From Setoptus koraiensis (lineage: Eukaryota; Animalia; Arthropoda), in assembly GCA_048013815.1 (NCBI GenBank), contig CM106585.1:4526001-4590000 (forward strand): a stretch of DNA of 64,000 bases, in the 5' to 3' direction. Shown here one piece after another: positions 1-12,566 of this stretch (the first letter of the stretch is position 1; each line of letters starts with the position of its first letter). The notes beneath the pieces are model-generated. The model ran no database searches and was not told the origin of the DNA. It saw only the letters and a program-made list of their open reading frames with translations. The translations under genes and the position numbers were made by a program.

Positions 1-299
1 GCGCCCGTCTGAAACGTCGACGGGGGCGTCACCGATGTGGGAGTGGACTTATTTGAGGACATGCTGCTAGATGAGGCAGCAGAGGAGACGGACGATGGTG
101 GTGGCGATCGCAATAAATGTGACGCTTTGTTGTTGTTATTGGTGGGTTGTAGTTGTTGCTGCTGCTGCTGTGCCTCGAGCGCCGTCAGCGGCACGGGCGA
201 CACGGATCCGGGACCCTTGCCCAGGTTGTTGTTGGCGTCCATGCCCAGGGGTACCGACAGCGCCAATGTGGTCGACTGGTCAACATTGGACTGTAGAGC
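1..299 (-). CDS. Mef2: Mef2 coding exon 3 (partial, continues beyond window start)
   Basis: Acceptor ccccaccatcAG at 301-300, then an open phase-0 frame ALQSNVDQSTTLALSVPLGMDANNN...SSNKSTPTSVTPPSTFQTG to base 1. The phase matches the preceding exon. LALSVPL resembles the MPVSIPV motif that follows the HJURP_C region in MEF2 proteins. Confidence 0.7.
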
Positions 300-510
300 C
301 TGATGGTGGGGCAACGTTGCGGGGCATTAATAACGTGGGGGCACGAATAACGGGGTACAAAAAAGTTACAATAGGTTAGTTGGTGGTGGTGGGAGACAAG
401 TTGCTTTGAATGCGCTGGCGACGGAAGCGGCAGCTTCCAGGGCGCAGGATAGATGGCGACGCTGGGCCCGAAGGGCACGGCCGGCACGTGTTGCGGGCCG
501 TGCGACCGCT

Positions 511-641
511 CGTCTCGTGCGGCATCCGCGTCTCGTGCGGCATCCGCGTCTTGTGTGCAACTCGTCCAGTTGTGCGCTCGCGCGACACAACTGAACGGCG
601 TTCGAACGCTTCGAATGCTTCGAACGCTTCGAACGCTCCGA
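511..641. repeat. Short tandem repeats in Mef2 intron (18-bp unit x2; 9-bp TTCGAACGC unit x4)
   Basis: cgtctcgtgcggcatccg at 511-528 and 529-546; ttcgaacgc/ttcgaatgc array at 601-641. Confidence 0.9.
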
Positions 642-1629
642 AGCAACAGGCTGCTTGTGGGAGAATGGGCCGCTCGTCGATTGTTCGCCGTTCGCCGGCC
701 GTTCGCCGGGCCTCCGAAGGAACGAATTCTCAAGAAGAAGAATCGACAGTTGCGAATGGACGGCGCCGAATTGGGTCACACAACGGTGATGCTGTCACAG
801 TGATGCAATTCCTTTGGCGTTTGTTGTTGGCGTTGCTGTTATATCATCACTGTTAGCGCAACAGTGATTGTGTTGCCGCATTGTGGGCCCACACAATGGG
901 CGCACTACAAAAAGATGAATGGACGGCGGCTCGCAGCTGGCGCCCGGTCGCAGCCGGACGCCCGTCGCACCGGCGACCAACTTGTCCCGTTGTGCGCTCC
1001 TTCAGCCTCTGTCTCTGCTCGGCCCGCTTCCTTCGGCTCCTCTGCTTCCTTCGCTTCTCTGGCCTCTCGTGCTCGGCTCGCTTCTCTGGCCTCTTGTGCT
1101 CGGCTCGCCTCTCTCTCTCGCCTCTCGCTTCCCCCCAATCGGGAGCTTCCCCCAATCTGGAGCTTCCCCCGAACCTGAAACCGCTCGGCGCGCCGCTCGG
1201 GCCAGTGGTGGGCGCAGCGGCTGTGACACAACACCGGCACCTTGTGCGGCCGACTCAAGGTGCTGCCGCTGCTGCTAATCTGAGACCGCCACCAGCGCCG
1301 ACACTCGCGCGAATATGCCCGGCGCACCGGACGTGAATTGGCGGCGCGTTAAAATTGGGTCAACTTTCGTCGGCGCGGCCCACGGCCACGGCCAAGGAAT
1401 CGCCGTTGCGCGCACATGTAACCAATGTAACATGTACATTTCGTGTGCGTTACCGTATTACCTGGCGGCTTATTATCATGCATCGTAATATATTATTATA
1501 TATTATTGGCTGCCTTGTGATTGGCTGACTGGCTGCGGCGCAACAATTGCGACACTGCCGCAAAACACTGCAAAACACTCCGAGACGCCGCTGGATACCG
1601 CTGGATACTGCTGAATACTGCAGGATACT

Positions 1630-1683
1630 GCCAGCCAATGCCAGCCAATGCCAGCCAATGCCAGCCAATGCCAGCCAATGCCA
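1630..1683. repeat. 10-bp GCCAGCCAAT tandem array x5
   Basis: Directly visible perfect repeats, flanked by degenerate ggatac/actgc repeats. Confidence 0.95.
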
Positions 1684-2185
1684 ACGCCGCCCGACACCGC
1701 CAGAAACTGCCAGAAACTGCGAACGCCGCGCCGATACTCATGAGGCGAACGAGACAAACGGTTTCGATTGCCGGTCGGCGGCTCGCGAACGCCAATGTCA
1801 TTCGGATTTAAATTGCGCAAACAACTATTTAATTTTGTGACATGGCCGCAGCCAGTCAGCTGGCTCTGGCGTGCCGTCGGGCAGCGATACCTATCATTGG
1901 TGTTGGCGCGATCTGCAGCGCTCTGGAAATGGCTCGCTTTTTGGCAAATTATGCCAAAAAGAAAACTGTCAGACTGGCACATTCGCACCTCGTTGCAGCC
2001 AACCGAGCCAACTCGAGCCTGATGGAGCCAACCGAGCCAACGGCGCGATCGCTGCGAAATAAGGGTGACGATATCACTTACGGGCGGCCTGACATGGAGC
2101 ACCTTGACAATGCCGCAGCGGCAGCGTGCCCGACAACAGGTGAGCGCCGTGGTTTCGATGTCGCCAGTTGAAACATTGAAAATTA

Positions 2186-2485
2186 GCGAAAATTGTGAAA
2201 ATTGTGAAAATTGTGAAAATTGTCAAATTTTGCGTGTGCGTCATGACAGAACAAATCAACAGCACAAAACAAACAGGCGACAACTCACGCCGATGAGGTC
2301 CAACTAGGCACGCCGACAGACAAAAGCCACCACATTAGCCAAACATTAGCTCGATATTAGCTGATATTGGCTCGATATTAGCTGATGTTGGCTCGATATT
2401 AGCTAGATGTTGGCTGGATATCGGCTGGATATTGGCTGCATAAAGGCTGCATAAAGGCTGCATAAAGGCTGGATATCGGCTGGAT
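2186..2485. repeat. Tandem arrays GAAAATTGT x4, GCTCGATATT(A/G) variants, ATAAAGGCTGC x3
   Basis: Directly visible in Mef2 intron 2. Confidence 0.85.
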
Positions 2486-2572
2486 GTTGGCTAGGTGTCA
2501 GCTGCACCGCACTGTCTGGGTTTCGAGAGCAGCGAGCTCGAGCGAAAATACAAAAATAGATCATATACTCAC

Positions 2573-2839
2573 TCTGTTGATGGTGATATTGTTGTTGTTG
2601 TTTTGGGCGCCATTTGATGACGCCGTAGACTGTTGCTGTTGTTGCTGTTGTTGTTGTTGGAGAGCAGCCTGTTGCATTAATAGTTTGTTGTATTTCTCTT
2701 GGTGATGATTACGCAATGACTGTACTGTTGATGGCGCGTTGGTTGTCGCTGTCGACGGCGGCAGTAGACTGTACTCGTCGTCAGGGTCTGGACTGTCACA
2801 ACCATTGGCACCGTTTTTGTGCTCCTTCTTATTGAGGGC
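2573..2839 (-). CDS. Mef2: Mef2 coding exon 2
   Basis: Acceptor cattAG at 2841-2840; reads ALNKKEHKNGANGCDSPDPDDEY...QEKYNKLLMQQ...ITINR; donor GTGAGT at 2572. 267 nt, phase 0/0. GCDSPDPD is a conserved MEF2 motif. Confidence 0.88.
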
Positions 2840-3283
2840 CTAATGATGACGACGAGAGTGGTTGACGATTGTCGATGACGCGAGTAGCATCGATTATGAT
2901 GTGAGTGGCGATGATGATGTGTGTAGTGATGATGGGCGATATTGGATAGAATGCAGATAACGATTATGACAGATTTTTATGCCGATAGACTTGGAATTGG
3001 TGCGCGGTGATACGCGCTGATATAAGCGCTAAGATACGGTATAAGGTGGCGATATTCACGCGTGAATATCGACGCACCAGATCGACACGAGCTCGAACAT
3101 GGCTCGATCCCAGAGATGGCTCTGGGGTCGGGTTGTGGTCAGCTCGAACGTGGATTTCAGGTGGGTTTTAGGCGGATTTTGGGTGCGTTTTAGGTGGGTT
3201 TTGGGCGGTTTATGTGTGGTTTAGGAGCATCGTGTGGGATATAAATGCAAATATGAAAATATTGGCGGATATTGGTTTTGTCA

Positions 3284-3577
<294 letters not shown>

Positions 3578-5349
3578 TTATTTTTGGGTGCGTTATTTCT
3601 GGCTCTGCTATTTCTGGCTCTGTTATTTGTGTTGTCGATTTTTTCCACTGTTTTGTTGGTTGTTTGTTACGTTGTGTGTTCGCCGCTTGTTTCGATACTG
3701 TTGCTTATAACTGTTGGTGTGGTGATTATCTCCTTTGCACTGTTAAGTTTGCTGATGCTAGGTGCTCAATTTGTCAACTATCTGGCGCGTGTATTTGGCA
3801 CAATGTGTGTATTGGCACTCGCAATAAAGTCACGCGACGGCATGTAGGCGATTCATGGATTTGCGGTTTTTTGGTTGGTCGAGGAGCGGTTGGTTTTTCG
3901 ATTGGTCAAATTGGTTTTCAAATTGGTTTGGGGTCGGCGTTGCAGTTGCAGTTGGCGTTGCAGTTGCAGTTGGTGTGATGATGACGTAACACGAACGAGA
4001 TTCGGATGAGATTCAGAGATTCAGATAGTGACTCGTTAGTGACAAATGGTCAGCAATGGTGGGCGCAAATCAAAATTATGATTACGCAATGCTGCAAGTG
4101 ACCATGGTCAGCAATGGTGTGCTGTCAATGATGATGATAGGCGGCTCGGTTAATTGGTGCTGCTGCTGTTGCTGCTGTTGTTGCCGCAACCATCACCTGT
4201 CGCACAATGTGGCAAACACAATACGCACACACACTGTGGCAAATTACGCAACTCTGGCTGACAATTATGAAAGCAAATTATTCTCGTCTCAAATTGTAAA
4301 ACTTATAACGAATGATTGTAAGTGACACACTTGACAAACAAACAAACAGACGGGCAAGCGGCGAAATTGCACCGGTCAACTTGTGCTCTGGCTACTCGCT
4401 AATTTAGTTATTATAATTGTCACTTATTACTTGATTGGCTCACTAAAAATATCGTTGTCTTCTCGCTGATTTGCTCTCTTGTTGCGACTATTTTTGCAAA
4501 ATGTGTATGTATTCGATAGAGACTCGACAAGTTAAAAGTTGTAACTAAACCATACAACTACTTTTGCTGCTGGCCACATCGCTGACTCTCGTTGCCTCTC
4601 TCATGAAATTTGCCGCCCCTTGCCGCAGCGCGTCCCCCGCCACTGGAACTGTGTACAGCCGCACTGTTGGCCGCACTGTTGATGTGTGTGCTCGCAGCGC
4701 CACCTATCAGGCAAAAACAAAAGCTTGAACGAAAACACAAAACCATGTCACCGTGTGTGTGTGCATTGATGTGACATTTGTAGCTTTACCTATATTTTGT
4801 TTTTTGCTGCTGCCTCTTTTTTGCTGCTTTTTGATACATGCAAATACATGCTCCTCATGCTTTACAGGTAAATACGGCTACAAAGATAATATATATATGT
4901 ATATGTATGTGTTTATATTTATATATGTTTATATACATTTATGTCGCCACGTACGCCCGCGACGCGCCGCCCAATAATAGAAGCCGAGCAGATATGCTAA
5001 TCTAATTAAACACTCACCTGGGCCGCACTGATTCGTGGCTACGTGGTCGTGTCCATGTGCACTGGCGCTGTCAGTTTGTTTGTTTGTGTTTGCGCAAAAT
5101 GATGATCAATTGTCCGGTGACGCTATCACCTGATCGCCGACTGGATATCCGATCCGATGGGCGATTATAATTAACGCCGCCGCCGTATAACTGGATACTG
5201 GTGCCACCTAGCAACCAATTAGCGCCGCCCTGCTGACCAGCGCCACTCCTTGGCGCAATGCGTTTGTTTGTCGTTGTTTGGGCACGCTAATTGGAATTGA
5301 AATTGGAATTGGCGTCGCTTCGAATGATTAAACTTGAACTTGAAATGTT

Positions 5350-5450
5350 GTCGTTGCTCGTCGTTCGTCGTTCGTCGTTCGTCGTTCGTCGTTCGTCGCT
5401 CGTCGTTCTTCGTTCGTCGCTCGTCGTTCGTCGTTCGTCGTTCGTCGCTA
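5350..5450. repeat. TCGTTCG-type simple repeat
   Basis: A ~100-bp run of tcgttcgtcg units. Confidence 0.9.
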
Positions 5451-7309
5451 TTCGTTCTTCGCTCTTCGTGCCACTTTGACAGTTGTTGTGCCTCTGTTTA
5501 CGCCGATCATCAATTGTACAGCACAAGTATGCCGCCGCGGCCGAACCATAAACTGTCTAGAGCGTGCACAGTGTCAATGTGGGCCGCACATTGACATACG
5601 TGTGTCGTTGTGGTTGCACCACGGCGATTCGTCTTTTTTTGTTTGTTATTTTTTCTTCAACCTTTCGTTACCTATGGCTCGCTATGGTCGCCAGTTCGCG
5701 TCGCTAGTTCTTTCCGCTGGCTCGCTAATTCTTTCGCTCGCTCTCTGTTCTCTGTTCGATCTGTTCGCGGGCTCTCTGTGTCTGTTCGCGGGCTATTCGG
5801 CTCGTTCGCAGGCTATTCGGCTCGTTCGCTCGCTCTCGGCGTGTTCCGCTGGCTGGCTGATCGGATCGGCTCGTTGGCTCGGTTTGGCTCGTCGGCTCGT
5901 TGGCTCGCTGACGACAACAGCAGCATCTTTTTATTAAAGCGACTATTGATTGTGAGTGTGTTCAGCTATTGCTCGAATGCGACACCCAGCGCCCCGTTGG
6001 CCTCCATTCACAGGAGCGCCGATAAACAATCGCAGCGCTGCGATCGCTGCTGCGGTCGCGGTCGCACCGCTCGTCGGGTCAACACACACACACACCGCGC
6101 CGTCTGTGCACATTGTGCACGCTTGGCGTCGAGCGTGCCAACGGGCGCGTTTGCGTCGCCCGAGCATCCGGCGCGGCGGCAGCACCGCCCTGTTACAACA
6201 TAAAACACGCCCAACCGCCCACACCGCGCTCATTGGATCCGGGCCTGGCCAAACGCGCCCGGCCAAACAGGCCAGACGCCTGTTCCGGGGGGCGCTGTTC
6301 CGGTGCGCTCGCCAGCGGCGGCTCGCTCACGATTGTCGGCCGACGGCGGCGGCGGCAAGTGGGTCGTGCCCGGCTCACATTCGGCTTGCCAGGCTCGGCA
6401 GTCGCTGCCTGCAAGAGCTCGTGCCCGGCGCTAGGTGCCCGCTGGCACGAGCGCGAGCATGTGCAGGGGCGCGAGCATGTGCAGGCGCGCGTGTGTGCCG
6501 CCGCAGCGTGTCGTCGCCCGCAGCGACAAGTCAGCGGCGGCCGGGCGGCGCACCGACGCAAGCGCCCGGGCCGAGCGAGCGGCCGGGCCAAGCGAGCTGC
6601 GTGCGCGCGGTCCCGTTTGCCTAGAGACGACGGCCCGCCCAGCGCATTGCGCGTCGCGCGCTCGCGAACAACGGGCGGCATTCGCGCGCTCGCGCGCTCG
6701 CACCAACGCACACGCACGCCACCATGTGCCAGCTAACCTTTAGCCAGCTGGCGGGCGAGCGGATGAGCGGGCTGGCCGGCCGGAATGGGGGCGCAGCAAA
6801 GTGCTGGAACAAGCGGCGCAACGGCGGCGAACTTGTTATGGCTTCGTGCGCGACGTTGTTGTTGTTGTTGGCGTGTTTTCGTCTCGCGACTCGCGAGCGC
6901 CCGCCAGCAGCCCGCTTGCCAGCCAGCCAGCAGCTCGCTTGCCAGCTTGTAAACACGCCAGCGTGCCAGCGAGCTAGCGAGTGCCAGGCAAACGCGCACA
7001 CAATTGGCGGGCGAGCCCGCGAGAGAGAGATTGCGCAATCACAAAGATAAACAGACAGACAGACGGGCAACGGTGCAGCAGCGACGTCGGCGGCGCGCCG
7101 TGACCTTGAATGGGCGCGCGCGGGCTTCACGCAATGCTCGCGTGAAGGGCACCTAGCGCCCTTCGCGACTCGCAATCGCGTATTGCTCGCATGTGTATAC
7201 GTGCACACGATGTGCGCCACAGTCCGCACACGGCCGTATCCGAGCCGAGTTATAGGCAGCCACTCGCTCGCTTGACGGGTGCACCCTCGGCGAGGGCGTA
7301 CGCACACCG

Positions 7310-7322
7310 ACACACGCGCACG

Positions 7323-7360
<38 letters not shown>

Positions 7361-7432
7361 GACACACGCTGCGAAATGGGCCCGGTGATGCTGGCGACGC
7401 GACCGACGCGACCGACGCGACCGACGCGACCG
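7310..7432. repeat. (CA)n microsatellite followed by CGACGCGAC x4
   Basis: Directly visible. Confidence 0.92.
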
Positions 7433-10400
7433 AGGCGGGCACTCACGTGAGCGTGCCGGCACCGGTAATTCGCTCGGCTGGGGCCCCAGCTCGGGGGACA
7501 CGACAGCGCAGTATTTCAAGGTTGGCCACGAGAGACCGCCATGCGCGACAACGGCCACCAGCCGCCGGATAATGCCGCCGCCGCCGCGGATAATGCATGC
7601 CGCTGGCTGTTATATTATTATATTGGCGCCGTTGCCGCCGTGCCTCAACGCCGCTGACGGCCCAATACCTGGGCGGCCAGCCAGGCGCCAGCATTGGAGC
7701 GGTAATATCGTCGCAGTAATGGTCCGCATAGACACGGGCATGGCCCACATTAGCATAGCCAACGGCGCGGCAACGGCGCAACGGGGCCCGTCGTTACGTC
7801 ATTGGCGACCTTGAGGGACAGGGGCTGCAGTTGGGTGGCTCGCGCTGGCTCCATCCGACACTGTCAACGCCGTCGACATACCTGACAGGTGCACATGCAT
7901 ACGCGCGCCAGCCAGCCAGCCAGCCAGCAGGGATATGGGCGGCGATATAGGCGCCCGTGCGGGGCGCCCGTTGAGATTCACGGGCCGACATGCAGGCGGT
8001 CGGGCCGGCGTTATGCGCCACAAGTGCGGACAGACCCTATGTGCGGACAGACTGCGTGTGCGACAGACTACATGTGCGATGGGCGCGCGAATAGACGCGC
8101 GGACAGACCCGCGGATAGACGCGGCATGCATAGATAGACGGGCCAGAAATAGCTCGCCAGGCGAGCGAGGGCCAGCATTGCGGGCCCCAACGAATGTCTG
8201 AATGAAAAAGCTTGTTTGCGGCGTGTCGCTGGTTTGTTGTTGTTTGTCAGCGCGCTGGTCGTTGTTTGCCGCTTACGGCCGCCGTTTACAGCCCGCTAAC
8301 AGGGGCCGTTTGGGGCCCGCTCAAGGGCCGATTGCACTCTGAGCGCACCCCGTGTGCACCCGTCCATACAAAACAAGCCCGCACGAGCGGCGGAGGTGCG
8401 GCTGCGGGCGCGCTCCACGGCGGTACCAGCCTCCGACCGCCGGCCGCCAAGCCAGACTGAGTCGCAATTAAAATCAATAAGACGGCCGGCCAAGAATCGT
8501 CGACCGATAATCCTGCCGGCTCGAGGGGACCTATAGCCCGGACAGATCTGCGCCTGCAACTCCGCGCCAGCGCCCGTGCCAGCGGCCGTGGCAAAGGGGC
8601 GGCCGGCCAGCCAGGTCCCGGCGCGGACTGTGACAAAAAGATTAGTGGGGCCCAAAGTGCCTTTTTAATGGTTTAGAGAGTTTTCACCATAACATCATGG
8701 CCAGTGTCACATTGGCCGATGGCTGAGTCACTCACCGTAGCGGTATATTCTGTTACGTGCTATGCTACGTGTGGCTGCAATTACTCGCCGGACAAACCAT
8801 CGGCTAAAGCGGCCAGGCAAGCGACAGAGAGATAGAGCCAAAATTGCGCAACAGCGGCCATCACATACGCTATATGCGGCCATAAGGGCTAAAAATACTA
8901 GATAAACACAAGATAAACAGGCCGCTAACTCCGCTGACAACAAGCGGGCGACATTTAAATTGACTACTAACTAGCATTAATACGTAATCGGCCTAACAGG
9001 CCCGGCCAACTAGCGATCCCAATGATACAAACTTATAATACATAGTGCCGCTCGGTGTGTGCGCCGCTGGTGCCAGTCGCCCGTAGCCGGCCTACGGGGA
9101 CCCGGCGCGGCTGGCCCCAACACAACGAGAGGCACACAGGCGAGCGAACACGCCGACTAAGTCGCCGAATAAATCTCTAATTATACACTTGACGTCGTAA
9201 GGCAACGCGCCACTGACATTTCACTCGCTTGCCTGCACCCTGACCCGTGTTCCTCGGGCCTCGCGCCTCGCGCCATCGCTATTCATGGCCGTGCGCGTTT
9301 CTGGGCGAGGTTTGTCATCTCACCTGACCAGTTATCAATACGCGCAAACATATTGATTATTGGACATGTATGTATATATATACAAGGCGACTTATATATG
9401 GCGACTGAATAGATAGATTGGGCGAGCGAGCGAGAGAGAGAGAGAGAGAGAGAGCGACACACAATTAGAGCGCCGGCGATTACAGTTCCAGCAAAGAATT
9501 GGCGATCGGGCAAATGCCATCCGTTCACAACATTCGGTTCGTCGCTAATCCGGGCCGCCAGAAGCAACTATAGACAAATTCGTCGTCACTGGTATAATCA
9601 CTTACAATTCAACAAACTATAGATGCACAAACAAGCAATCATAAATTATTATATAACGGTGCACTAGGGCACTGTTGTTCACTTATGACGCCAACGATTA
9701 AACCGGCTCTACGATGCACACATATATGCTAATATTGATTGATCGCTTATTAATCGTATACTCACTCCCATATCCTATATATCACATCATCATTGGCGGG
9801 CCATAACGGCCGCCCGATTGTACCAATGAGATTACGTAACTCCCTTTTCACTAACACACAACATGGTAGCTAGCCGTAAGTGCAAATATCTGTCAAACTT
9901 TTAGTTAGTTCGCCGACGCCTGGCCACAACAACCAGAAGCTGCTCACCGCTACTACTGCTGCTGTTTCTGCCAATGCTCGCCATGTATAATAGCGAAATC
10001 AAATAATAACGGATCTCATTTCAAAATAAATGTTTGCTCGTATGGTCTCGCCACGGTAGCTTCATACGTGCGTAGGGTGTCGAAATTGGGCTTCGAATCG
10101 CCAGCCAATCGCATGTATCGCATGTAAAGGATTGCCCATTGTTCACATAGGTAGACGAGACTTCAATCAATGGCCAATGAATCCCGTCGCAAGCGTCTAT
10201 GCCGAAACCATACCATTTCCATGTTGTCTATGCCATTTGCAAACCACTAGTAGTGTCGATATATCTATTAATTAATATTTCTATTTTTGATATGATCATC
10301 ATGACAGTTATTAGCGGCAATTATTTCATTGTTTATGCTCTCTCCTGATAATGATTGCTGACTGTTCTACTGAGCCGGTTTCACAAGCTCTACCGTTGAG

Positions 10401-11085
10401 TACATCGCATGACGATGATCAAAAACAATTATCATCCAATGACTCTGGCAGTTCCCACTCACTGTCACGTTAATATCCGCTTAATAAGTCCTCACAAACA
10501 CTTGCATCTGCCGTCATATATGCAATTTTAGAACTATTGCTAAACAGATATAATTCACTGCTAGTGCTATGATGAGACTTCATAAATTAATTATCGACGC
10601 AGCATTGCTACTAGTCGTTAGCTCGTAAACTCGTATGCTTCTTATATCGATCAAAAAATCTATCTCAACCATAAACGATACTTAAACCGCTCCATAAACC
10701 AGGCAGCCACTAGACACTCTATATCAAGTTGTACTTTTGGGAAATATAAGTAAATAACTAGTCACCGATACAAAGCCGTTCATTTTCATGCTTGACGCCT
10801 AGTGCCGTGTCGGAGTTTTAAATTAAGGACGACCTTCTTCTAGTCGAGTAGTTGTAATTTATTTGTGGATGCCATGATAGTAGTACATGTAAAAGTTCAA
10901 ACAAAGTCAAAACAATTTCGCGTCTGTTTGGGTAACCATCGTGACGAAATGACAGAAATAGGAAGTAACTTTCAAGTTTTGATTGATCATGATCAAACAC
11001 AAATATGTCAATGAACGGAATATGTAACAAGTCGATTGCAAATCGTTATTGAATAATATAATTTTCAGTATTGCATATGTCACTA

Positions 11086-11961
11086 CTAAAAAGTGGACAA
11101 TTGTGGATTGTTGGTGAAGATCATCTTTAGAACTGAGTAGGCTTTTTTAGCAGCCTCCTCTCGTATTTTATCACTGTGGATTCTGAGACCATTCTCTTGA
11201 GTCATTGCAATTGTTGCTGTCTTATATTTAATGTAGTAGGAATGGGCGGTTTTCTTTTCGTCTTTCAAACCATTCTCGCTCCAGATTACCTTGAGCTTAC
11301 CACAAGATATTTTTTCAAGTTTACCCAATTTTTCATAGATGCTCAAATGTAGATCTTCCATATTTTTGAATTCCTCCCCTATATTTATCTCATGGAATAG
11401 AGTACACAATTCCAGAAAGTCATTCTCGGATCTGTCAATAGATGAAAGTGCCAGGTTTCTGTAACTGTGCTCTATTGAATGATTGCCCTCCTCCGATGGC
11501 TTCTCAGCAGGACTACTACTGCCCAAATTGAGGGCTTTGCTTAATTGCAGCGGCAGTGCCTCTACAGCAGTGTCACCAGTGTCGCCTCGACATGTATTTA
11601 TCGATGGGTTTGGGGTAACTGAGCTAGGTTTTTGGCACGACCTCTCATAGTCTTTGCTCCAACAGGCTGACAAGTTGGTGGCTTCCGAACGCGCCACCAG
11701 CGAAATCGGTTTGTCTGTAGCCTTTACTTTATTCAGCAGAGCCACTGCAGCGTCGTGTTTGGCCTCTTTCTTCTTTTTTTGCGTGCCGGTTCCCTCAGCT
11801 ATTACGCTTCCATCACCGTGGGCCAAATAGGCCCTGACTCTAAATGTTGGGTCGTGAGATGGTCCATTCGTCTCAATTTCCTCAAATTGGGGAGGTGGCA
11901 AGTTGTGCTTAGTAGAAAACTCGAATAGTAATTGGACCGGAGTTTTTGACAAGTAGTTCAT
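11086..11961 (-). CDS. Double-stranded RNA-binding protein, Loquacious/TRBP/PACT-like, intronless
   Basis: N-terminal dsRBD KTPVQLLFEFSTKHNLPPPQFEEIETNGPSHDPTFRVRAYL...GTGTQKKKKEAKHDAAVALL. The C-terminus EAAKKAYSVLKMI resembles the type-B dsRBD3 end of Loqs/TRBP. First ATG at 11961; the ORF track starts at a GTG. Confidence 0.8.
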   Translation of the reverse strand: MNYLSKTPVQLLFEFSTKHNLPPPQFEEIETNGPSHDPTFRVRAYLAHGDGSVIAEGTGTQKKKKEAKHDAAVALLNKVKATDKPISLVARSEATNLSACWSKDYERSCQKPSSVTPNPSINTCRGDTGDTAVEALPLQLSKALNLGSSSPAEKPSEEGNHSIEHSYRNLALSSIDRSENDFLELCTLFHEINIGEEFKNMEDLHLSIYEKLGKLEKISCGKLKVIWSENGLKDEKKTAHSYYIKYKTATIAMTQENGLRIHSDKIREEAAKKAYSVLKMIFTNNPQLSTF

Positions 11962-12566
11962 TATGAGTGTCGGTATCACCTTGATTTACGGGTCGTTATA
12001 ATCGACTATATGATTGTGGTCATCTATTAATGTATCTATCGGAGAGTATTGAAGTTATCACAATAAGTCGGCTTGAATTGTTACATAACACGAAAAAAAA
12101 AATATCCCTTCTAACAAGCGTTGCAGTCGTGATGCATCAACCGTGTTTGAATATGGACGCTATGCTGATTCATCGCCCGGCAAACCGCACGGGAAAATAT
12201 GAAATCCGCGCGGTCATGCTGTTGCGCATCAGCTGATCTGCAAACGCTCGGAAAATACAATAGGCAAACGTTTCACAGTGTAGGCATCAAAATATCAAAA
12301 TATCCATCAGAATAATAAATCACAACATATATGTATTGAATAACCCGCAAATATCTTCGAATCAATAATTGGGCCGTAGTAAATTGGACTAGGGAAGCGA
12401 TATCGAGTCTATTCGTCAGCACTTAATCTGTTGTCAGTCTATTGTTTTTCATTTGCGCCCCAGCCATAATTTTCACCCAACAGGTTTTCGACAATTCGCT
12501 AGCACAGCCCGTCAGATCGGAAGTCACAACAAATCTAAAGGGATCCTACATCTTGAAAATTCAATT

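Larger units (their letters stand above)
5012..8735 (-). other. Candidate donors of non-coding 5' exons of Mef2
   Basis: Consensus donors CAG|GTGAGT (5017-5012) and ACG|GTGAGT (8735-8730) on the Mef2 strand. The first coding exon starts with a splice acceptor only 12 nt before the ATG, so upstream UTR exons are expected. Confidence 0.4.

Noticed and set aside
366-2307. ORFs inside Mef2 intron 2, including a GTAAGT near 2070
   Set aside because: No suitable acceptor or MEF2-like frame was found; exons 2 and 3 already join in phase.
5476-8655. Many overlapping 100-270 aa ORFs on both strands upstream of Mef2
   Set aside because: GC-rich, stop-poor repetitive DNA; Arg/Ala-rich translations with no recognisable domain, and several frames open at once.
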